NCBI RefSeq assembly: GCF_000019345.1
Contig: NC_010503.1
Coordinates: forward strand, 540,001-572,000
Origin: Ureaplasma parvum serovar 3 str. ATCC 27815
GTDB lineage: Bacteria; Bacillota_I; Bacilli_A; Mycoplasmatales; Mycoplasmoidaceae
Direction of reading: 5' to 3'
Length of the DNA: 32,000 nucleotides
The position numbers and the translations under genes are program-made. The notes under the pieces are model-generated. The model did not search any database. It saw nothing but the letters and a program-made list of their open reading frames with translations, and was not told the DNA's origin. Positions within the stretch are counted from its first letter, which is position 1, and each line of letters begins with the position of its first letter. Below are positions 1-10,254 of the stretch, one piece after another.

Positions 1-17
1 AAGTAAATAAAATAATT

Positions 18-3000
18 ATGAAAAAAAGAGTTAATAAAATATATAAACACAATATGTTTATTTTGCTAGCTACTTTAAATTTAGTGTGAGCAGGCGTTAT
101 CACAGGAATTGTTTTAAGACTAAAAAGTAAAGATTACTCAAAGCATACTATCTTAAAAAAATATTATTCATTTGATAAAAACGGCAATTTAATTCTTAAA
201 GGTTATTTAAAACCACATGATAATACTAATTATGTTTTTGGGATTTTTAGCGATGAAAGCAATCAAGAACATAAAATTCAAGCACTTGTTAATGATAAAA
301 AAGGATTTGAATTTAACACTAAATCATTACCACTAAACCATAGTTACAAACTTAAAAAAGTTACAAGTATTAATGACTATAACCATGTTTTATTAACAAA
401 TGATGATTTAGTTAGTCAGCAAAAAATTTGTTTTAGTAAGCCAGTTGATGCAAAAGTTAACTTTATTAATAATAAAAAAGTTTATCAAGTTAAACTAAAC
501 ACGTTATTAAAAAACACTTTAATTCAATTAACACTAAAAGACTTAGAGCATAACGTATATAAAATTACAGCCAAATCAAATGATATGGGAGAAGTTAGTT
601 TTGATGTTTCACAATTAAAAAATAATAATTTATATGAGGTAATTGCTTTACAAACACAAGACCAAACTAAAATCGTTAATGTTAATGAGATTGAATACAA
701 CAATAAGATCATAAATAATTTAAATATTGATGAATTAAATACACCATACCAATATAGCAAAAATGGTCATCTTAACTTAATTGCTAAGATACCATTACGC
801 TATGCTAATGAACAAGTCTATGGTGTTTTTGAAGACCAAAATAACCAAAAACATTTAATTCCTGCCGTAAATAAAAATGATGGAACAATAATGTTTGATA
901 CTCAAGTTTTAACTAAAAATCCCAATAAAAAATATCATTTACAAAAAGTTGTTTTAGCAAAAAATCAAAATCAAATTTTAATACATAATTTTGATTTAGT
1001 AAGTAATCAAAAACAAGATATCTTCTTAAAAGAATATAAAGTTATTAGTATTAGTGCTCTAGAAAATGATGCTGATAAAACTAAAAGAGAAATCAATTTA
1101 AAACTATCTAACATAAAAAATGACTGAGTTAATAAGCAAATTAAAGTTATTTATTCAAGTTCAGATGGTTCAGATGTTCAAACTCAACCTTTAGTTTTAG
1201 AAAAAAATCAAACAAACTATGTATTAAAACTAAATAATTTAAAAGCAAATCGTTTATATACACTAAAGGCGGTTGAATTAATAAATAACAATGGTAAAAC
1301 TAATTTACCATTAGATACTAACTTAACTAATAGTTTTATGGTTGAAAGAACTAGTGCTGTATTAGCAACAAGTATTAGTGAAATAAGTAATCGTTTGGGA
1401 ACTGCTTTAACGAATGCACAAGTTAAAATCACTTTAAAAGATGTGGATAATGTTTTATTAGCTAATCAAAAAGCGATTATTAACTATGGTAATAATCAAA
1501 AGAGTGAAGCAACTGTTATTGTTAACAATGGTGTTAAGTATCTAATAGCAACCTTAACTAAATTAACATTAAATACGCCTACAATAATTAAATCCATTAC
1601 ATTTGAACAAAAACCAACATGTGCTATTGAAAATATTGGGTTAGATAAAACAAATAACATTATTTATCAAAATACACATGAAGCAGCAATTCCTTTAGTA
1701 ATTAATAATAATTTTGAAATCAATGGGCCATTAGCATCAAGTCATGAAAGTTTAAAAAGTATTAATGCATCTGATGCTAAAAAGGTAAATGCAATTAATT
1801 TAACCCTTGACTTTAATACCAATGAACATATTTATAAAAATTTATTTTTTAAACTAAAATATGTCCCTATTGACGATCAAGGTAATGAAAATATTTATGA
1901 CGCATCAGAAGCAATTTATAGTGATGTTTTAAGTGCAAATAATATAATTGCTAATAAAATCCAATTTAGTTTAGGTAATTTACAAACTAATCGTAAATAT
2001 AAATTAAAAACAATTTATTATTTAACATCAAAAACAACACCTTTAGATGATCATAACGTTGTAATGATCAAACCAAATGTTAAATCCGAAATTATTGTTG
2101 CCCCTAATGATAGTACGATTGTAAAATATGGTAATTGAAATCAAGATTCAATTACTAATGGATCAAAGGCTATTTTTAAAATTAATTGTAATGATGGTGA
2201 TATTTTAAGTGAGGATTTAAGTGCTACACTTGTTTATGAATCTAATGATCCTCATGATTTACAATCATACACTACAAAACTAAAAAAAGTTAACAATGAT
2301 TGGGTGATTGATTTTAATTTAAATAATTTAAAACCACAAACCACTTACCATTTAAAATCAATAACAATAGCAAAACCAAATAAAGCATATACTAATTTAA
2401 AAATTCAATCACTTCCACAAGTGGATATTAAAACGCAATTACCTAATTTAATCTTGCATGATTTAAAAGCCACAAGTGCGGTTTTAAAATGGGATTCTAC
2501 TAACAATGGTAAAAACAATCACCAAACAATTCAAGCAACTTTTTCTCATGTAAGTGCTAATTATGATAATCTTAATGTTAAATTGGTTTATGAATATAAT
2601 TATCGGGGTGATATCAAAGCAGTTGAATCTGATTTAATTACTCTTAAAAAAGACCAAAATGTTTATCAAATAAATTTACCAATCAGCGTTCCTAACCGAA
2701 AATATACTTTTAAGAAAGTTTTAATTCAAGAACGCAATAATTTAAACAACTATGTGGATTTAAATAAAAAGATAAACTTAACAGATTCATTTGTAGTTAG
2801 CCCTGGAAAAACAACATTTGAATGAACACAACCAACTAGTGATCAAATTAGTCAAACAACCCTAAAAGCATTAAAAATTAAAATTCTTTCAGAAGATAAA
2901 ACGCTTGATAATAATGTTAAGGTTATTGTGTGATTTAAATCCCATACAGATTCAAATGATGCACTTAAATGAACACGGGGAACTTGGGAGGTTAATAGTG

Positions 3001-3938
3001 ATGGATCAGAAGCGATTATTAATCAATTAAATAACTTAAGTGGATTTAAAGCAGGAACGCAATACTATCTTTATAAAATTGCATTTGTTGATAATCTACA
3101 ATATGGAAATACGCAAGCGAATGATAATAAAGTAATTTATGAATGAAAAGCCAATGATACTAAAGAATATGAATTTACAATGAAAAATGCACCAACAATT
3201 TTACAATCAATAAAATTTGAAAATTGTGATGCTAATGGTGTAATTAATAATGAAGCGGAAGGAATTGCAGAATTTTCAATGACAACAAACAAGGTTAATG
3301 ATGATTTTGCTAACCGAAAAGTTAAATTCATATATCATGACAATAACAATGTTGCTTATGAAACTGATGGTTTTCCATTAAGCAGATCAGAAACAAGTCT
3401 TCATTTTTCTTTATCAAACATCCCTAACAACCGCGACTATACTTTTGACCATGCTGAAATTGAAACTAGTCCTAATAGTAATAAATATGAAATTTGACAT
3501 TCTCAAAACAAGATAATATCTAAGTTCAAACTTAAACCAGCTCAAACTTCTGTAAAATATATTGATAAACAAGAAAGAAATAATAATAATGTAGATTTTG
3601 AGCTTCATTTAGGTTCAAGAGACTGTGCATTTGAAAATAACCAAAAATATCGTGTTACACTAGTGTCAGTAGACGCACTCCAAACCGAAATTTCTAAGGA
3701 ATTTTTACTTTCTGATGTTAAATTAGATTATCAAGATGGTAATATTGGAATATTAAAATGCCATTTTGATAACTTAATACCAAACACCGGATATACATTA
3801 AAAGAAATTAAATTTCTTGCTAACCCAAATGAACAACAAAGTGCAAAACCACATAAGGTAATTAAACCTTTTAATGATGATAACAATGTTATTATCGATA
3901 AAAATTATTCTTGAAAATGATATATTTATCCTTCATAA
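18..3938 (+). CDS. DUF1410-like repeat surface protein with N-terminal membrane anchor (about 1306 aa, TGA=Trp)
   Basis: ORF fragments 585..1127, 1338..2138, 2304..2825, 3180..3497 and 3663..3914 share one frame. I read the gaps codon by codon and found only TGA until TAA at 3936..3938. N-terminus: MKKRVNKIYKHNMFILLATLNLVWAGVITGIVLRLKS. The body has repeated modules of the type 'NLKPNTTYHLKSI...' and 'DNVLLANQKAIINYGNNQ'. Confidence 0.85.
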
Positions 3939-3965
3939 TCATTAATTTTTATTAATATAGTAAGA

Positions 3966-4014
3966 TATCAAAACTCCTCTACTAGAAAAAGTTCTTTAGA
4001 GGAGTTTTGATATT
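3966..4014. terminator. Bidirectional rho-independent-type terminator between convergent genes
   Basis: Perfect 16-bp inverted repeat ATATCAAAACTCCTCT (3966..3981) / AGAGGAGTTTTGATAT (3999..4014) with a 17-nt loop, lying between convergent CDS ends at 3938 and 4025. Confidence 0.85.
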
Positions 4015-4024
4015 ATTTAGCATT

Positions 4025-5875
4025 TTAATGCTGTGGTTTTTTAATTTCTTCAATCAGTTTTGTTAATCTTTGAATATAAAGATTAAGAGTATAAGAAGAA
4101 ACATTTTCATTACTTATTCCTTGTTCAACAAAACTAGTGAATTTTTCTAATCGTTGTAATTTTGCTTTATTATTTGTATGTTCATTTTTTGTTTGAATAA
4201 TTTTTTTGCTTTCATCAATTAATTCTTTAGCTTTGGGAATATAAAGTTTTTTATCAATGATAGTAAAAACTCTAACACTAAGATTTTCAAGTTCTTTGCT
4301 AAATTCTCTTTCTTGATTATTATTTAATTCTAAATAAGCGATTAATTCTTGTGGTTTTTGCAGCGAATCAGAAGCATATGTTAAATCAATTTTTTCAAGA
4401 TTATTTACTGTTAATACTTCGTTTGGAGCAAGTTTTAAATTAATTTTAGTATTTAAAAATAAATCCTTTTCATAACTTTTTAAGACTTCTTGAATGGTTT
4501 GAATTCGATTAGCTTTTTTTATTGGATCGTTTTCATTATTTAATTCAATATTAAACTCTTTTAAATGTTTAATGAAGTACTTAAATAAATAAATTTGTTT
4601 AAAATTTGATAAAATGGTTTGTTTAATTTTAATCACAACATCATTAATTTGTGAATTAGCTTTTTGAAATTTTTTAATTAATTCATCATTAAGATTATAG
4701 ATTGCATCAATTGATAAATTAGTAATGTTAAAATCAAATAAGTTAATGATTGATTTTAAACTTTTAATTTGGTGTTCTAAACCATTATATGTTGCTTGAG
4801 AATTGTTTTCATCTTTTTGCTTATTTTCTTGTTTTTCAATACTATAGTAAGGATTATAATCATCTGGTTGTAATGATTCAATAATACTGATTAATTTGTT
4901 AACACTATTTTCACTTTCTAACGCAATCATTTTTAAACCTTCTAAGTAATTTTGAAGGTCAACCAAAAGTTGATTAGTTAAAGTTTTAATTTCTTTGATC
5001 TCTAATGTCTTTTTAACATTTAATACATGATTTATATTCTTTATTAAAATTTGTCTTAAATTTGTTAATTTAGTTTGATCAAATCATAGAAAATGATGAT
5101 TTTGTTCATAAATAGTATTAATAACATTAACTATATCATCTAATTTTTTAATAAAAGGTAAAGCTTTTAGTTCTTTGTTAATTAAGTCATTAATATCATT
5201 TAATTTAGTGTAAATTAATTTAAAATCTTCATATAGTTTTTTAAAATTAGCTTTTGTGTCATTATTAACTAATTTTTGAATATCATTTTCAAGCTCAACA
5301 ATGTTTTTATTTAATCCAGATGTTTTAATTAGGCTTTTAATTTTATTAGCTAAATCTAAAATTGTTTTTTGAATTAAAGCTTTGGTGTCTAATCTTTTTT
5401 GATGAGCATCAGATTTTAGTTTATCAATTATTGTAGTATCAACACTTGCTTGATTAAGTAATTTTTCATATTGATTTAAAAAATCTTGTAATTGTTTTTT
5501 AGTGTTTTCTAATTCAACAACATCTATTAAATCACTCATGTTTTTGATTGAATCTAATTCATTTAAAACACTAACTTGTGTAATTAAATTTTTAATTGTT
5601 TGTTGTTCTTGTTTTAATTTTTGCTCTGATAATTTATTAATGTTTTCTAAATTTGATTTAAGAGTTTGATTATATATCTTTTTAAAATCTTCATAAGATG
5701 ATTGATCAACAATTTCTTTTAATAAAACAGCTTTATTTAAACTTGATTGTAATTCTTCTTTAGCTTTTTGTTTTGTATCAACTTTTGCACAAGTTGTAAT
5801 TATTGTTGCTAACAAAGGTATAGCACTAATCATACTTAGTTTCAATCAAATTGATTTGTATTTTTTGTGTTTCAT
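4025..5875 (-). CDS. Hypothetical lipoprotein, long and predominantly helical/coiled-coil-like (about 616 aa)
   Basis: Joins ORFs 5084..5845 and 4025..4966 through TGA(Trp) codons. N-terminus MKHKKYKSIWLKLSMISAIPLLATIITTCAKVDTKQK has a signal peptide and lipobox-like cysteine. An SD-like GGAG lies upstream of the ATG. The sequence is rich in K, E, L, N, I and Q throughout. Confidence 0.8.
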
Positions 5876-5980
5876 ATTTAAAACTCCAATAATTAATTAT
5901 TCAATTACTAGCTTAACTTCTTAGTTATTTAAGTATTATTCAAATTAAACGTTTAAATATTTTAACATTATTAAAATAAA

Positions 5981-6011
5981 AATCTACTCTAGTTTTATCC
6001 TAAAGTAGATT
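5981..6011 (-). terminator. Candidate terminator downstream of res
   Basis: Inverted repeat AATCTACT (5981..5988) / AGTAGATT (6004..6011), followed on the - strand by a T-rich tail. The stem is only 8 bp. Confidence 0.45.
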
Positions 6012-6030
6012 GATCTAAAGTTAGATGTTC

Positions 6031-8508
6031 TTAAAGTAAGAAATCTAATAAATGTTTAATGTCAATAATAAATTTTGCTTTATTCGCAACTAGTTGTTCT
6101 GGAGTTTTGTTAATACTTGTCTTTTTTAAAAGATCAAAATTAACTTTTTTATTTAAAACATCATTTGAACTAGCTCCATAAAAATAAAAATCTTTTTGAT
6201 TTTTCATATTAATATAACAAACTAAAATCGTAATTTCTGCTTTGTCTAATTCATCTAATATTAAATTATCGTTATTGTTTTTATTTTCAATATATCGTTG
6301 ATATGATTCAATTAATAATTTTGTTTTTTCATAATCATAATCACTATATAAATTTTTTACTTCAATATATAAATAATGATCTTTTTGATCATGTGTTTTT
6401 ATTTTTAAAATAAAATCAGGGTATGAATTACTTATTTGACCATCTTCATTAAAATATTGATATTTTAATCCATGAAAAACAGGATTTTTAGTCCAAAGTT
6501 CAACATTATTTTTAATTTTATCATTATCATTTGATAATGAAAGGAAACGATTTGCAAATTTAGATTCAGTTAAAGAATCAAAATAGTGATTTTGTTCTTT
6601 AAGATCTTTATATGCATACTTATCACAAACATTTAAATCTAACATGTTTTCACATTTTTTATATTTTTCAATGGGAATAAAAATTTCATTTTGATTAGGT
6701 AAATTTTTATTATTTTGCAATTTAAAAAGTAATTCATGATTATCTTTTTTCATTTGTTCTAATGAATTTTTATATATTTTTTCAATTTGATCAAGATATT
6801 CTTTAATAATAACATATCAATACATGTTGATGCTTATGTTTAATTTTCATCTTTTTTCTCACTCATTAAACTTCGTTTCAAGAAAATCAATAATTTTTTG
6901 AGGAAATAGATGTTTGTATTTTCTTAATTGTTCAATAATATAAAGTTCAAGTTCGATTGAATTTTTAATTTTAGTATAAACACGTGTTTTACCTTCAATT
7001 TTTGAAGTTTCGCCTTCTAAGTATTGATTTTTTACAAAATTTTCACGATATTCCTCATTAACATAGTATTCAAAATTACTAATTGAATCTTCAAACTTCT
7101 CTACTATTTCTTCTTTATAAGTTTCTCCATTTAAATAGTTATTAATTTTCTCTTGATTAATTTCGCCATAAAAAAATCTATCATTTTTATATTTGTCTTT
7201 TAAAATCAAAGTTTGACGAATTTTATCTTCTGAAATAATATTAGAATAAATAAAATATTGATTTGATATGGAATTATAGCTAATTTCGTTTTTGTCAAAG
7301 CTAGGATTTGGAAAACGCTTAATTCTTCCAATTGTTTGTACTGATAAATTTTTTGAAGAAACGTTTCGCAATTGTACTAACATGCAAGCACGCGGAATAT
7401 TTCAACCAGTTGCAGGACCAATTTTAAACAAAATTACATCCACATTTGAAGTCTTTTTAGAAATTTCTTTTAGAGAAATTTTATTATTTTTTTTATTAAT
7501 TAAAATATTAGTTTGAACCTCTTTATCATTAGAAAAGTATTTAACTCATGATAAATTATGTTTTTCTAAAATTTTAATAATTTTTTCAATTTTATCTAAA
7601 AATTCGCTTTTTTGTGGTTCTTTATTAGGTTCATTTTCAACTTGAATTAACATGGCTGGACGAATATTTTTTAACTCTTTTGCTTTTGAATATTGCTCTT
7701 TGATTTTTAAAAATTGCTCACAAGCAGTTGTTAATAATAGTTCATCATCAATGTTTTCTTCTTTTAGTTCTTTAATTTCTAGATTATAAACATGTTCATC
7801 TTTTAACAATTTTGTATCATCATCCATTAAATCTTTTTCATCAATGAATACTAATTTATGAATTCCTTTAGGAGTTGCTGTCATTTTAATAATAAAAGAT
7901 GCTGCTTCTTGAATTTTATATTCAAATCGTGTTTCTTCTTTTTTAAAAGAATTTTTGTGTATTTTTTCATCAAAATCTTCAAATATTTTTGTTTTATTAA
8001 CATTACCGCCATGATGAGCTTCATCACGGATATAAACTAATGTATATCCTTGTGATTTAATTTCATCTAAAAAAGCATCTAAAATTCCTTCTTCTGTAAT
8101 AATTCTTCCTTTACCAAATGAAGAAGACCCAAAAATAATTACTTTATTTTCTTCAGCTAAAATATTGTAAGAACTATCTTTTTTAGCACTTTTAGAAGAT
8201 GGTGATTCTTTAAGTTCGACATCAAATAAACCATTAATATAATATTTATACTCATTCATATTTTGTTCTAATTGAAATGGTAAATCAGCTGATGATAAAG
8301 TCGCAATTACAAAAATTAATTTTTGAGGACTACCATTAGCTTTGTTTGTCTTAATAATTTCATTAATAGTATTGGTAATAATAAAGGTTTTACCAGATCC
8401 TGTTGGTGCTTGAAAATCAATAATTTCTTTTTTATTGTTATTCACGCTTTCTAAATAACAATTAACTAATTGACTAACAGCTTTTTGTTGTGATTTGGTT
8501 AATTTCAT
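6031..8508 (-). CDS. res: Type III restriction-modification enzyme, restriction subunit Res (helicase plus PD-(D/E)XK nuclease, 825 aa)
   Basis: Joins ORFs 7546..8508, 6859..7383 and 6031..6753 via TGA=Trp. Motifs: Walker A-like FQAPTGSGKTFI, DEAH-box YIRDEAHHGG, the late helicase region GPATGWNIPRACMLVQLRNVSSKNLSVQTIGRIKRFPNP, and a C-terminal nuclease-like YPDFILKI...HLYIEVKN. Confidence 0.93.
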
Positions 8509-8513
8509 AAATT

Positions 8514-10101
8514 TTATTCCTTTTTTTCAATTGGTTTTAGTGTACTTAAATTAATTAATAATTCGCGTTGGTTATTTTCAAATAAACTTGATTGACTTGT
8601 ATTATTAAAATCAACTAACATTTTAGCAAATACTTTTTTAATCTTGCTATTATCAACTTCAATTGGATTAGTGTCAAAATATTTTAAATCATAAACATTT
8701 AGTTTATTTAAATATGGTTTATTTTTACTAACTCAATCAAAATCGATTTCGTTTTTAGTTCCAATACCATTGTTGATACGATATAAGCGTTCATAACAAA
8801 CATTAGTGCCTATTTGATTTTCATTGTTTGTTATTAATGTGAATGTTCGATTTCCACCATCTTCTTTATTTAATTCTAATACTGCATGACCAGTTGTTCC
8901 AGATCCTGCGAAGAAATCTAAAACACGAGCATTTTTATTGGAATGTAAATCTAATAAATGCATTATCAATTGAATTGGTTTTGGGTTTTGAAAATCTATA
9001 TTTAATGAATCAACTTCATTATTTCCATCTTTAGTTCAAATACCTGACACAAAAGTAAATGGAAGTTTAATTATGCTATAAGTAGTTTTTCTTTCATCAT
9101 TAAATATTTTTGCTACTAAATGCTTTCCTGGCTCTTTTTTAAATGGAACTAAAATATAATTTTTATTATCTAATTTTAAATTTCATTTTTCTTTATCTTC
9201 TTTAGATAAATCTTCATAAGCTTTGTTTCTATGTTCGAATTTATTATCTTTTTTTCCAAAATTATTTCTAATAATATCGCTATTTATAAAAAAAGAATTA
9301 TTGTTTTTATCTTTATATTTAATAAAACCACTCATTTTTTTATTTTTTTCAGAAAGACAAAAATTGTAATTATTTTTTGAATAACATAATATATACTCAT
9401 GGCCTTCATATATTAATTTATTCAAACCACCACCAGATTTCTTTTGCCAAATAAAATTTGTAACAAAATTCTCTTCGCCAAAAATTTCATCCATCAAAAC
9501 TTTTAAGTATGCTTGTTCATTATCGTCAATGGATACAAAAATTACACCATCATTTTTAAGTAAGTTTTTAGCTAATTTTAAACGTTCGTTCATCATATTT
9601 AATCAACCATTGCGACTAAATTTATCACGATAAACAAACTTAGATGCAACTACATCATCTTTTTCGCTAAAATTATTACCATCAGTCTTGCTTGCTTCAG
9701 TATTATAAGGAGGATCAATATAGATTACATCATAGTAAGCGTCGCGCCCACTAGTCTCTCTCTCTCTCTCTCTCTAACACTAATAAATTCTTTAGTACAT
9801 CATAGTTTTCACCAATGATTAAACTATTAGTATCATTTTTAAATAAATTATGTGCATCATTCATGAAAGATAATTGCTCATTTTTAGCTAATATCGCAAT
9901 TTGAGTTTGGTGCACGCTTGGAGCAACATCAAAACTAAATCCTATTTTAACACGTTGAATTAATAATTGAAACACATTATCTAAATCCTGGGGATCAGTT
10001 TTTTCTAAAATTTTTTTAATTAATTGTTTTTGATCCTCATTTAATGAACTCTTACTCATTTCATCAATGTCTTTTAAATAACTATTTAAATCTTTAATCA
10101 T
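8514..10101 (-). CDS. mod: Type III DNA adenine methyltransferase Mod, beta-class motif order; frameshifted at a dinucleotide repeat in this sequence (phase OFF)
   Basis: The N-terminal part (9751..10101) ends ...NYDVLKNLLVLERERERD* at the repeat. The downstream frame reads TSGRDAYYDVIYIDPPYNTEASKTDGNNFSEKD...NMMNERLKLAKNLLKNDGVIFVSIDDNEQAYLK...FQNPKPIQLIMHLLDLHSNKNARVLDFFAGSGTTGH... and ends at TAA 8514..8516, 5 nt from the res start. It contains DPPY and FAGSGTTGH methylase motifs. Total length 1588 nt is 1 mod 3, consistent with a repeat-generated frameshift. Confidence 0.93.
9755..9775. repeat. Dinucleotide simple sequence repeat (TC)10T on + / A(GA)10 on -, inside mod
   Basis: Directly visible ...ctagTCTCTCTCTCTCTCTCTCTCTaacac... 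The upstream reading frame hits TAG (9751..9753) right after the tract. Confidence 0.97.
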
Positions 10102-10207
10102 AAATCCTCTTTATAAATTAAATATATAATCTAATTTATATTATAAATGATGCTGAGATAAACTTAAATATCATTATTAACCAAAATTTAGTTATTTTAA
10201 TAATTAA

Positions 10208-10245
10208 AAAAACTTTTAGTAAATTTATAATCACTAAAAGTTTTT
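10208..10245 (-). terminator. Rho-independent-type terminator for the DUF1410-like gene 10255..13332
   Basis: Perfect 13-bp inverted repeat AAAAACTTTTAGT (10208..10220) / ACTAAAAGTTTTT (10233..10245), 10 bp past the stop codon at 10255, with a T-run at the 3' side on the - strand. Confidence 0.75.
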
Positions 10246-10254
10246 GAATTTATA

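Noticed and set aside
524-1432. - strand ORFs 524..760 and 1217..1432 (and 3137..3331, 3414..3608)
   Set aside because: They are antisense to the continuous + strand DUF1410-like CDS and carry no recognisable motifs.
8733-9596. Possible pseudogene decay of mod from its fragmented ORF calls
   Set aside because: Apart from the repeat-linked shift, every break in the track is a TGA codon read as Trp in this code (e.g. EDKEKWNLKLDNKNY, VSGIWTKDGN, EIDFDWVSKNK). The only real disruption is the dinucleotide tract.
4025-10101. Mobile element carrying the R-M block
   Set aside because: I saw no transposase, integrase, terminal inverted repeats or target-site duplication bounding the block. An accessory insertion remains only an inference.
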